Assembly (NCBI GenBank): GCA_048128005.1
Contig: JBEUKZ010000107.1
Location: 434,001-498,000 of the forward strand
Length of the DNA: 64,000 nt
Direction of reading: 5' to 3'
Source of the DNA: Veleropilina oligotropha
Lineage: Eukaryota
The first letter of the stretch is position 1. The number at the start of each line of letters is the position of its first letter. Below are positions 1 through 13,500 of the stretch, one piece after another. Under the pieces are notes generated by a model. The model saw only the letters and a list, made by a program, of their open reading frames with translations. It ran no database searches and was not told the origin of the DNA. Made by a program: the position numbers and the translations under genes.

Positions 1-3000
1 AGCATGGCAGGAGGTGACAGAGACGGACTATGAATGCTATTGTCAGCATGGCAGGAGATGACAGAGACGGACTATGAATGCTATTGTCAGCATGGTAGGA
101 GATGACAGAGACGTTGGACTATGAATGCTATTGTCAGCATGGCAGGAGGTAACAGAGACGTTGGACTATGAATGCTATTGTCAGCATGGCAGGAGGTGAC
201 AGAGACGTTGGACTATGAATGCTATTGTCAGCATGGCAGGAGGTGACAGAGACGGACTATGAATGCTATTGTCAGCATGGCAGGAGGTGACAGAGACGTT
301 GGACTAGGAATGCTATTGTCAGCATGGCAGGAGGTGACACAGACGTTGGACTATGAATGCTATTGTCAGCATGGCAGGAGATGACAGAGACGGACTATGA
401 ATGCTATTGTCAGCATGGCAGGAGGTGACACAGACGTTGGACTATGAATGCTATTGTCAGCATGGCAGGAGGTGACAGACGGACTATGAATGCTATTGTC
501 AGCATGGCAGGAGGTGACAGAGACGGACTATGAATGCTACTGTCAGCATGGCAGGTGACAGAGACGGACTATGAATGCTATTGTCAGCATGGCAGGAGGT
601 GACAGAGACGTTGGACTATGAATGCTATTGTCAGCATGGCAGGAGGTGACAGAGACGGACTATGAATGCTACTGTCAGCATGGCAGGTGACAGAGACAGA
701 CTATGAATGCTATTGTCAGCATGGCAGGAGGTGACAGAGACGGACTATGAATGCTACTGTCAGAATGGCAGGTGACAGAGACGGACTATGAATGCTATTG
801 TCAGCATGGCAGGTGACAGAGACGGACTATGAATGCTATTGTCAGCATGGCAGGAGGTGACAGAGACGGACTATGAATGCTATTGTCAGCATGGCAGGAG
901 GTGACAGAGACGGACTATGAATGCTATTGTCAGCATGGCAGGAGGTGAGAGAGACGGACTATGAATGCTCTTGTCAGCATGGCAGGAGGTGACAGAGACG
1001 AACTATGAATGCTATTGTCAGCATGGCAGGAGGTGACAGAGACGGACTATGAATGCTATTGTCAGCATGGCAGGAGGTGACAGAGACGGACTATGAATGC
1101 TATTGCCAGGAGGTGACAGAGACGTTGGACTATGAATGCTATTGTCAGGAGGTGACAGAGACGGACTATGAATGTTATTGTCAGGAGGTGACAGACGGAC
1201 TATGAATGCAATTGTCAGCATGGCAGGAGGTGACAGAGACGGACTATGAATTCTATTGTCAGCATGGCAGGAGGTGACAGAGACGGACTATGAATGCTAT
1301 TGTCAGCATGGCAGGAGGTGACAGAGACGGACTATGAATGCTATTGTCCGGAGGTGACAGAGACGTTGGACTATGAATGCTATTGTCAGCATGGCAGGAG
1401 GTGACAGAGACGGACTATGAATGCTACTGTCAGCATGGCAGGAGGTGAGAGAGACGGACTATGAATGCTCTTGTCAGCATGGCAGGACGTGACAGAGACG
1501 GACTATGAATGTTATTGTCAGCATGGCAGGTGACAGAGACGGACTATGAATGCTATTGTCAGCATGGCAGGAGGTGACAGAGACGGACTATGAATGCTAT
1601 TGTCAGCATGGCAGGAGGTGACAGAGACGGACTATGAATGCTATTGTCAGCATGGCAGGTGACAGAGACGGACTATGAATAATAGAATCAAGCACCACAT
1701 TGAGTTCCAGATAGAGAAATATCAGACGAGGGTGGGATGATGCAACAAATCACAACCGAGGCGTCAGCCGAGGTTGGGATGTTGCACCATCACACCCGAG
1801 ACTGATATTTCTCTATCTGGAACTCAAATGTGGGGCTTGATTATTTTTCTCGCACCTCAAAAAGCTTGAAAAAGTTATTTTGATATGTCTTTACCTTGCG
1901 TATTCAAATAACCCAATCACTCACCAGTAGTTCTTCCGACGCAATCGAATATAATTACGTACTTATGGAATAAATATTTATTCAATTCTTTAGTATTATT
2001 AAATAATAATAATTGTAAAATATTTAAATTCATAGCATAGGGTAATAAAAAGCTCGAACTATCACTATGCATGAGGTGATGTTACTTTTTAAGGCTATTT
2101 CGATATTTGTTTACCTTGCATACAGTACGAGTACGGGTATTACAAAAGCCCAATCACTCACCAGCTGTCAGCTGTTCTTCTGACGCAATCAAATATAGTT
2201 CCGTACTTATGGAATAAATATTTACTCAATTTCATTAGTAACTTTAAAATATTAATAATTGAAAAAGTCGACAAAACGCTAAATATTTAAAATCATAACG
2301 TAGATTAAAAACGCTAGAACTATTGAACTGACAAGAAGTGACGTCACTTTTCAGAGGCAATGTTGTCTGTTTATAATTTGTTGCTGTCGATCTGCGTGTC
2401 TGCCATTGACTTATTTTCCAGAAATTGTTGTCATAATTAAGTACATTCTGACAGAAGTGTTTGTGAAGCGTCGATCGCTCTGTAATTATGTTCGTATTTG
2501 CTGCCATACGCTTCATGGTGCATTTAAATTTGTTTACATCAAGCGGACAATTTGCAAACGAAGGACGTGTTTTTCCGGGATTTTCACGGAATTGTGTCAG
2601 CTATGTAGAATGAATTTTCAGCATTGGAGTAGCTATAGTCTGCAGGTCTAAACTTAAAGCCATGGTAAGTTTTGTAGATAGTTATGAGACATCGGTGTGG
2701 TGTTTCGGGTGTAGCGTACATGCGTGGTTGAGTGAGATATAGATATTATAGAGAGATGTTAGCCTCAGTACGTGGGGTTTTTATGTTTCGATCCACCATT
2801 TTTGTTTCCAAACAATGCAGACGACGTGCGTAGGAATACAAAGTGTGCTAGACAGCATTTGCGTATGTATACAAAGTGTGCTAGATACAATTTTCCAGCA
2901 CCGGTAAAAAATGGGATCAGTCTATCTCAGGTGCGAGAATGTTATTGTCAGCATGGCAGGAGGTGGCAGAGACGGACTATGAATGCTATTGTCAGCATGG

Positions 3001-3028
3001 CAGGAGGTAACAGAGACGTTGGACTATA
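1..3028. repeat. Minisatellite, 43-49 bp variable unit (gcatggcaggaggtgacagagacggactatgaatgctattgtca), interrupted at 1681-2940
   Basis: Direct tandem copies with 3-bp indel variants; array resumes in register at 2941. Confidence 0.95.
1677..2940. mobile_element. Non-autonomous Crypton-like element with long terminal hairpin
   Basis: Imperfect palindrome 1681-1846; ttctcgcacct (1847-1857) is inverse to the far end aggtgcgagaa; GAAT at both junctions; splits a minisatellite unit; same layout as 40950-42945. Confidence 0.75.
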
Positions 3029-3411
3029 AATTCAGAGGTTAGTGGCCATGGGATTACATCTTCGTTTGATTAAATCAGCTTTAGTTTATCGACCACCTTT
3101 CTACAATTTCAGTCTATGGATGGGGATAATCCGTTCTATTAGGTTTATTAGTTTTTAGAATAAGCTGCGCTGGTGAGGGAATTGAACCCACCTCCTGTCT
3201 CACTGAACATTTTTTCAACGTACCACTTCAGTTGTCTAGGCCAGTTGTATATCTTGGCTGTATGCGATATTTGCTCTCTCCTTTGCACACAGTATCAAAT
3301 TCAATGTAATCCAAATGCTTTAAAGTCAGTTCGGCATATGTACAAACTGATGAAAACACAGAGAAATGGTGTTGTGTATTTTGGAGCTGAATATGAGATA
3401 AAACACTGAGA

Positions 3412-4254
3412 ATTACAGCACTCATCTATCGCCGACCTGGATCATGATTACAGCACTCATCTATCGCCGACCTGGATCACGATTACAGCACTCATCTATC
3501 GCCGACCTGGATCACGATTACAGCACTCATCTATCGCCGACCTGGATCACGATTACAGCACTCATCTATCACCGACCTGGATCACGATTACAGCACTCAT
3601 CTATCGCCGACCTGGATCACGATTACAGCACTCATCTATCGCCGACCTGGATCACGATTACAGCACTCATCTATTGCCGACCTGGATCATGATTACAGCA
3701 CTCATCTATCGCCGACCTGGATCATGATTACAGCACTCAGCTATTGCCGACCTGGATCATGATTACAGCACTCATCTATTGCCGACCTGGATCATGATTA
3801 CAGCACTCATCTATCGCCGACCTGGGTCACGATTACAGCACTCATCTATCGCCGACCTGGGTCACGATTACAGCACTCCTCTATCGTCGACTTGGATCAT
3901 GATTACAGCACTCATCTATCGCCGACTTGGATCATGATTACAGCACTCATCTATCGCCCACCTGGGTCATGATTACAGCACTCATCTATCGCCGACTTGG
4001 ATCATGATTACAGCACTCATCTATCGCCGACTTGGATCATGATTACAGCACTCATCTATCGCCGACCTGGATCACGATTACAGCACTCATCTATCGCCGA
4101 CCTGGATCATGATTACAGCACTCATCTATCGCCGACCTGGATCACGATTACAGCCTCATCTATTGCCGACCTGGATCATGATTACAGCACTCATCTAGTG
4201 CCGACCTGGATCACGATTACAGCACTCATCTATCGCCGACCTGGATCACGATTA
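3412..4254. repeat. 35-bp minisatellite, about 24 copies (gattacagcactcatctatcgccgacctggatcac)
   Basis: Direct tandem copies. Confidence 0.95.
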
Positions 4255-4324
4255 AGGCATTGTGCTCACAATTTATGATATCATCCTTCCTTGGAAATTC
4301 AGCAACATCAATCCAATCTATATA

Positions 4325-4330
4325 TTTATT
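4325..4330 (-). terminator. Candidate polyadenylation signal AATAAA of SPEF2
   Basis: AATAAA on minus strand about 150 nt after the stop, followed by a GT-rich stretch. Confidence 0.55.
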
Positions 4331-4480
4331 TACAAATAACATGGATTAAAATGACAACAAAACAAGTAAAAGACTATCACAGATGGAATTATAATACACA
4401 AATAATATATTATTTAACATTTTACACATATATTTTTAATTATTTTTAAAATTGATGAAGTTTTTCGTGCGATGCACTGG

Positions 4481-4549
4481 TCAGTCCATGGTCTTCATGC
4501 TGTGTGTGTCCAGATCTGGAGACGGACTGGACAGAAGAGTCTTCAAATC
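4481..4549 (-). CDS. SPEF2: SPEF2 terminal coding exon (DLKTLLSSPSPDLDTHSMKTMD*)
   Basis: cttag acceptor, in-frame TGA, AT-rich 3' UTR follows. Confidence 0.78.
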   Translation of the reverse strand, partial: DLKTLLSSPSPDLDTHSMKTMD

Positions 4550-7500
4550 CTAAGATTAATACAAGCATTACAGATTATAAATGTATCCTCAATCAAGCTT
4601 CTGTGTGACACTACATAATTACAACTTCATTTTGACTTTTTATAAAATGAAAACTAAACATTAGTAGTTTCACGCACTAATAATACATATTATACAATAG
4701 GTTGCTGGAAAGAACATATAGAGGGTTTACATTTTAGCCCTGAATGTATACAATATTTTAATGCAGGTCGATCGCCTTCTGCCATGTTTTCAGGAGGAGG
4801 AGGAGGAATTATGCTTGCTGTCCTGTATATTTATAACATCGAGGTTCAAGGCAGGACATGTCCGTGTTATCGCGGGAGGAAACCCCGGTCGCCGGGTAAA
4901 CCCGCCCTCTTCGGCCAGTCACGGGCAACTGTGCTTCATAACTTGAACAAATGTGTGCTGCCTCAGCCGGGGGTCGATCCCACTACTGTTCGCGTCAGCG
5001 GAAACAAGCCAGTGTATTTAGAGTGGACACTCTACCCACTGCGCTACCGAAGCGGCCCTCCCTGTTTTCAGACAATTCTTCGAATGGACAAATCGTAAAT
5101 TAGGATTTTAAGACAATTCGTCACATGGGAAATCTGAAAACCAGACTATATCACAAACAGTAGAGCTGCAGGTCCATGCAAACATAGGACAGACTGTAGC
5201 TCGTCTAGCTATAGTAACAAGAAGACACACAACGTCAAAATTATGAAAAGGCAACAGTTAACCAACTACTTAATACACCCACAAAGTTACGTTATGACAA
5301 GACCATCACTTTATGAGATATAGTCGGGAATAACAAATTTAAAGCAAGGGAAATAACTCTGTTAATATTAAATAATTTCCGAACAAAGTTGAAATTAGCA
5401 AAAGACACCATGGCCAGTTCACCAACTGCTTAAGACAGCCACCAAATTGCATAAAGTTATATGCAGAGTGCTTTATGAGATATGCTTTGGAAAGAACATT
5501 AACAAATTTACATCAAGGGCAATAACTCTGTTGATAATTGCCGCACAGCGCCGAAACTAGCAAAAGGTATCAGTTCACCGACTACTTAATACACCCAGAA
5601 AGTTTTGTAAAGTTATGTCGAGTGGTGTATGAGATACGCTCCAAAAAAGATAATATTAATGAATTACCAACGAGGGCAATAACTCTGTTAATGATGGCCG
5701 CACAACGTCAAAATTAGCAAAAGGCACCAGTTCACCGACTACTTAATACATCCAGCAAGTTATGTCAAGCGGTGTATGAGATATGCTCCAGAAAAGATAA
5801 CATTAACGAATTTAAAAGAAGGGCAAGCACAACGTCGAAACTAGCAAAAGGCACAAGTTCACCGACTACTTAATACACCCAGCAAGTATCGAAAAGTTAT
5901 GTCGATCGGTGTATGAGATATGATCCAGAAAAGATAATTTGCACAGACGGATGGACGGTACAACTGCATTTTAATATCCCCAGCAAAATTTTATTACATA
6001 ACTTGAAAGTATCATTGTCTAACTCCTGAAGAAAATTTAGGTCAGCTGATATATATTTATATAAAATATTATATACTCATTTAAACGAAATTTTGTGGGT
6101 GCATTAAGCAGCTGGTGGACTGGTGTCTTTTGCTAATTTTAATGTTGTGTGGCGATTATTGACAGAGTTATTGCTGTTGTTATTATTTAAAGCAAGGATA
6201 GTACATGTTCGCTTATTCCATTTTATCTTTACGGAAATAAAGTATAAAGGCTTAGTAATTGTGAATGTACCATAGCAGGGATATTGATGGCCTTGTCTTC
6301 TTGTTCATTAATGAAGAAAAGAAAGTTGGTGTCTGAGAAACGTCTTCTTGTTCATTAATGAAGAAAAGAAAGTTGGTGTCTGAGAAACGTCTTCTTGTTC
6401 ATTAATGAAGAAAAGAAAGTTGGTGTCTGAGAAACCTCTTCTTGTTCATTAATGAAGAAAAGAAAGTTGGTGTCTGAGAAACGTCTTCTTGTTCATTAAT
6501 GAAGAAAAGAAAGTTGGTGTCTGAGAAATGTCTTCTTGTTCATTAATGAAGAAAAGAAAGCTGGTGTCTGAGAAACGTCTTCTTGCTTTAAATTTTCACA
6601 AATTAGGTATTGAAATTCAATAAAAGCGGGGCGTGCGTTTCTTTTTTGGTTGAGTATATTTTCTCCAAAAAAATGTGTCCTTACCAGTGCCTTGAACGTG
6701 CGGCAAGCGATGACCACGTCCTGGATCAGAGGATGCTCGACAAGGACCTTAAACGGGACCAGCTCGCCCTGCTCGCTGCCCAGGTCTCGATACACATCCG
6801 TAAGGCGCTCCTATGGAAGAACACAAGGGGCATGAAACACATTCAACAATCTTTAATTGTCTTAATTATATTTCATATTGATTTATATTACATGGGGTAG
6901 TAATAGGACATTATAAAATAGCAGAGTTGCTTCCCATTTACTTGCATGACTACACTGATTCACACGAGTGGGTTCCAATCCTTAGCTCATCACATTGTAG
7001 AGTTAACATGTGTCCATCACTGACCAGTGTGGGTGGGTTTCGCCACATAATCAGACCTATCCTGTGATGTCCAAAGATGTTGAATACAATGGGTCAATAA
7101 ATACCAAAAAACAAACTTTTGCACAACAGAATTTGACTTTATATATCAAAGTGACATTTGGCAGTTTAGCACATTGCCTCATATACATTATGGTCTCTAC
7201 AAATACATTGAATTTCATCCAAAAGATGTACAAACAGAATATTTACCTTTGACGTGGCATCCTCCGGGTCTGCCGTCATGCTGAATCGATGACTGTCACC
7301 GTGCGAGCTCTCCCCGTGATGCAGCACCTACAACGAGGGAGTATTAGCCAATGATAGACTGAGAGGTAGTATTAGCCAATGACAGACTGAGAGGGAGTAT
7401 TAGCCAATGACAGACTGAGAGGGAGTATTAGCCAATGATAGACTGAGAGGTAGTATTAGCCAATGACAGACTGAGAGGGAGTATTAGCCAATGACAGACT

Positions 7501-10500
7501 GAGAGGGAGTATTAGCCAATGACAGACTGAGAGGGAGTATTAGCCAATGATAGACTGAGAGGGAGTATTAGCCAATGACAGACTGTGAAGGAGTAATAGT
7601 CAATGACAGACTGAGAGGGAGTATTAGCCAATGACAGACTGAGAGGGAGTATTAGCCAATGACAGACTGAGAGGGAGTATTAGCCAATGATAGACTGAGA
7701 GGGAGTATTAGCCAATGACAGACTGAGAGGGAGTATTAGCCAATGATAGACTGAGAGGGAGTACTAGCCAATGACAGACTGAGAGGGAGTATTAGCCAAT
7801 GACAGACTGAGAGGGAGTATTAGCCAATGACAGACTGAGAGGGAGTACTAGCCAATGACAGACTGAGAGCCTAAAACATGTAAGTAAATTATTAATGTCC
7901 TTATTTTGTTATCAATAAGTAATGGTCAAAGTTTGCCTCCATTTTGCGTTTGATATTTATTTGTAGAAATCTCAATACTGAGGTCGCCTTGTAGTGTACA
8001 GGATAAGAGCGCGGCTCCCAGTTCATATGCTTGACTGCCCTGATTAACAAGAGTGAGTTCAAATCCTACACTGGGCATTTTGTTCAATTAACAGGCAAGT
8101 AAAACAAAACTGGCGAGTGCGGCTGATTGTCGAGGCGACATGACATGATAGGATCCTGAATGATGTTAAATTGAAGCGTTAAGCATCGATCCAAACCCAA
8201 CCTGGTATAAGGCATCCAGCGACACTGCGGCCCGCATTGGAGCGTTAAGCATAGATCCAAACCCAACCTGGTATAAGGCATCCAGCGACACTGCGGCCCG
8301 CATTGCTGAGTCAGGAATGAACCAACCTGGTATAAGGCATCCAGCGATACTGCGGCCCGCATTGCTGAGTCAGGAATGAACCAACCTGGTATAAGGCATC
8401 CAGCGATACTGCGGCCTGCATTGCTGAGTCAGGAATGAACCAACCTGGTATAAGGCATCCAGCGATACTGCGGCCCGCATTGAAGCGTTAAGCATCGATC
8501 CAAACCCAACCTGGTATAAGGCATCCAGCGATACTGCGGCCTGCATTGCTGAGTCAGGAATGAACCAACCTGGTATAAGGCATCCAGCGATACTGCGGCC
8601 CGCATTGCTGAGTCAGGAATGAACCAACCTGGTATAAGGCATCCAGCGATACTGCGGCCCGCATTGCTGAGTCAGGAATGAACCAACCTGGTATAAGGCA
8701 TCCAGCGATACTGCGGCCCGCATTGCTGAGTCAGGAATGAACCAACCTGGTATAAGGCATCCAGCGATACTGCGGCCCGCATTGGAGCGTTAAGCATCGA
8801 TCCAAACCCAACCTGGTATAAGGCATCCAGCGATACTGCGGCCTGCATTGCTGAGTCAGGAATGAACCAACCTGGTATAAGGCATCCAGCGATACTGCGG
8901 CCTGCATTCCTGAGTCAGGAATGAACCAACCTGGTATAAGGCATCCAGCGATACTGCGGCCTGCATGGCTGAGTCAGGAATGTCATCAGGGATGGACTCC
9001 ATTGCTGGTTCATCTTCTGGATTTTCCGGTGTACGTCTGTAATAGGCATATTTCAATAGTAGACCAATTGAAAAACCAAAACAACAGTGCAAACGTCATA
9101 TGAAAGAATACAAATATATATGCATGTTTTTGCTGTCTTGTTACGACGGTAATACTTGGTTATATATGATAGGATTTAAATTTTATTGAAATATAGTCTT
9201 TTTATGCAGATGTAAAATTTGTTATTTTACATTTCAAAATGGCTTCTCCTGCATTGCGATTTTAAAAGGCTTAAGTGGGTTGTTCAATCGCACATTCTGA
9301 CTGCTAGTTCTATGATGACATTTATGATATAAAATACAATTGAACAATCTATCCATGAATACTTTTTGCAAACTGGGTACACTAAATTGAGAACAATAAA
9401 ACTCTTACCCTCCATCAATACTGGCTTTATTGTGGAAGGCCCTGGGAATGCGAGGCACGTGGTGGCCTATGGCCACACTGAGCGCCCGCAAGAATCCTTC
9501 CACAGGATTTCCAGCAATACTGAAGTACATCAACTGAAAGTCAGAGAAAATTGATTAATAAAATATCCCATTTATCCGTTATATGTGCAGTAATTGTATA
9601 CTGACTTAACTTGACCCAATACATGTATTTTCATTTTTGGCTAGAGAAAGTGCATAAATTATTTCAACATTATTGTCGAAGTCTCACTGACAGATGACAT
9701 CTTTATAACCATAATCAAAGCATACTATATAGGTCAAAAAGTGCCTTGCACAATCTATACATTATACACTAACGAAAAATGTGGACGGCGCATGTCGAAC
9801 AGAACAGAAACAATATTCTATTTTGCCTTTGGCACCGGCATAAAGAGTTCATATAATTGCAGCATGGTTTTATGAAACAGCATTTACTCACCAAGCTGGC
9901 GTAGTCCAGGCGAGCTGGCGTTTGATCGTGGTCAGCCAGAATATCAAAGAACACAGCCTTCAGACTGGTCAAGCGGTCAAAACCATAACGAGCAGAGCTA
10001 GAAACGGGATTGGTTTTGAACCAGATGTTTGTCTACAAAAATATGGAAGTCATAAAAATATAAATACTTTAACAGTATGAAGAGTATTTAAAGTCTACAG
10101 TACTTTCGTTATCTTAGACAAAATAGAAATGAAAGATACCAATTTTCACAAATCAAACCGCATTTTAATCAACTGGACTAGCTTTGAGTCATCGCCAATT
10201 TGTCAATAAATTTTCGTTAAAATTTGTCTATTATTTTCAGAGCAATCCGCTTAGGGTATGAAAATTATCTCTTAAACGTACATAACTTTGTGAATAATAC
10301 ATTTTAATTTATAATACAATCATTTCATCACTTGATTGCTACATAGTTTTTAACATATTTTCTATAATGTCACAAATCAATTATTCCACTATGCCTGAAG
10401 GGTTGAGATGAACACATACCCGGTCGTATTGCTCCCTTGTGACGTAGCCAGAGCTTTTTTGGTCCATCTCCTGGAAGTGTTGCAGACTGTCCAGCAGTTG

Positions 10501-13500
10501 GCTCTGAGTCGGATATGGAATGGAATGAGCCAGGGCGACGAGGAGGCGTCTCCAGTCCACATACTCCGTGTCCGAGGCCAGGCTGTTAGCAATATCCTGG
10601 ATCTGATATAAAAGCGGAAACTTAAAATAATAGTTGCCATTTGTATTTCTTTTAAACTTGCTTAATTACTGGACCAGGTATAGAAATTTAAGAGGGATCT
10701 TAAACTAAATATTAAAATATTTGCCTTTTGTAACCACACACGTATAAATTTTAAAATACTTATCCCTTTGATGTGCTCTGTTAACTCATATTAAAGGTCT
10801 TTAAGCATCTCAATTCTGTCATAAATTACATAATTAACCCACCTGGTTGGATGTGATCACTGTCCACATATCCGGCAGCTGTTCAGTTCCCAACGTGGCT
10901 GCGACCATTGTCTCAAACATCTCGGCAAACGCCTTGCTAGACATGACTCCAGTGGGGGCCGTGGTTGCGAACTGTTGCGAAAAATGAAGCAACAATATGA
11001 ATGAAAGGAAAATTCGATTTGGCCTTATAATAAGTTCACGTTTAACATATAATTATGGTCATCTTGTGGAAGGAAGCTCAGGATTTCAGTTGAAACCACA
11101 GGACTCCACAGGTTTATGAATTACCTTGCCGATAAAGTAAACTATTTTCACATGGAAGTGAAGTCAGATTGTCAAGGTGGGAAACTTGAACTTGATTTAT
11201 AATGGTCAAATATTCTATCACTGTTTGAAATAATTTAATCTTTTCGTAATTCATCTGGATGCGTAAGTATTCAGCATGCTAACTAGTACATCTAACACTA
11301 GTACTATAAGTATTCAGCATGCTAACTAGTACATCTAACACTAGTACTATAAGTATTCAGCATGCTAACTAGTACATCTAACACTAGTACATCTAACACT
11401 AGTACATCTAACACTAGTACATCTAACACTAGTACATCTAACACTAGTACATCTAACACTAGTACATCTAACACTAGTACATCTAACACTAGTACATCTA
11501 ACACTAGTACATCTAACACTAGTACATCTAACACTAGTACATCTAACACTAGTACATCTAACACTAGTACATCTAACACTAGTACATCTAACACTAGTAC
11601 ATCTAACACTAGTACATCTAACACTAGTACATCTAACACTAGTACATCTAACACTAGTACATCTAACACTAGTACATCTAACACTAGTACATCTAACACT
11701 AGTACATCTAACACTAGTACATCTAACACTAGTACATCTAACACTAGTACATCTAACACTAGTACATCTAACACTAGTACATCTAACACTAGTACATCTA
11801 ACACTAGTACATCTAACACTAGTACATCTAACACTAGTACATCTAACACTAGTACATCTAACACTAGTACATCTAACACTAGTACATCTAACACTAGTAC
11901 ATCTAACACTAGTACATCTAACACTAGTACATCTAACACTAGTACATCTAACACTAGTACATCTAACACTAGTACATCTAACACTAGTACATCTAACACT
12001 AGTACATCTAACACTAGTACATCTAACACTAGTACATCTAACACTAGTACATCTAACACTAGTACATCTAACACTAGTACATCTAACACTAGTACATCTA
12101 ACACTAGTACATCTAACACTAGTACATCTAACACTAGTACATCTAACACTAGTACATCTAACACTAGTACTATTACGGCATTATGACAATAAATCTTAAG
12201 AAACTTCAAGTAATTATTATATTACACAATATTGATGCAGAAACAATGGACAAGAGACTGTTGCAATATCAAGTCTGTCCATACAACAGTATCGGCCTCA
12301 GCAGGTGAGCTGTTAGGAAGACCTAAGGTCAAACCCTGGTGGCTCATTCTACCGATTAAAATAATTGAAGACATATGTCAAATATGTCGGTTTGATTGGA
12401 TCAAAACGTTAAACCGGGGGTCAGGATTCTGATCATTGTCAAAAATTGCAAATAGTGGTTCTAAAACAAGACAAAAGTATGTGCAGCTTACACACCCCCG
12501 GCTTACAGATAAGCACATGTCCATTTCATCGTATACACATAATATTTACACAAGTAAAAATAAAGAATTACATTTCAATTTCTATTTTGCGCTCAAGACT
12601 TCGTAGCACAAAGTATAACAAAGTTGCCAACCATCAATACACAAGTACCTGTTCATAAAATGCCTTAAGCTGAGCCACCGTGAACTGATCCGGCATCGGA
12701 TACTCCGCTGGACGCACCTCCTACAAGTACCTGTTCATATAATGCCTTCAGCTGAGCCACCGTGAACTGATCCGGCATCGGATACTCCGCTGGACGCACC
12801 TCCTACAAGTACCTGTTCATATAATGCCTTAAGCTGAGCCACCGTGAACTGATCCGGCATCGGATACTCCGCTGGACGCACCTCCTACAAGTACCTGTTC
12901 ATATAATGCCTTAAGCTGAGCCACCGTGAACTGATCCGGCATCGGATACTCCGCTGGACGCACCTCCTACAAGTACCTGTTCATATAATGCCTTAAGCTG
13001 AGCCACCGTGAACTGATCCGGCATCGGATACTCCGCTGGACGCACCTCCTACAAGTACCTGTTCATATAATGCCTTAAGCTGAGCCACCGTGAACTGATC
13101 CGGCATCGGATACTCCGCTGGACGCACCTCCTACAAGTACCTGTTCATAAAATGCCTTAAGCTGAGCCACCGTGAACTGATCCGGCATCGGATACTCCGC
13201 TGGACGCACCTCCTACAAGTACCTGTTCATATAATGCCTTCAGCTGAGCCACCGTGAACTGATCCGGCATCGGATACTCCGCTGGACGCACCTCCTACAA
13301 GTACCTGTTCATATAATGCCTTAAGCTGAGCCACCGTGAACTGATCCGGCATCGGATACTCCGCTGGACGCACCTCCTACAAGTACCTGTTCATATAATG
13401 CCTTAAGCTGAGCCACCGTGAACTGATCCGGCATCGGATACTCCGCTGGACGCACCTCCTACAAGTACCTGTTCATATAATGCCTTAAGCTGAGCCACCG

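Noticed and set aside
4960..5060. tRNA gene
   Set aside because: A/B boxes continue into a SINE body with tail and TSD; no clean cloverleaf seen.
11322..12209. ORFs of 274-295 aa (TSTSN / VLVLD repeats)
   Set aside because: Artefacts of a stop-free 15-bp repeat inside an intron; no splice or phase need.
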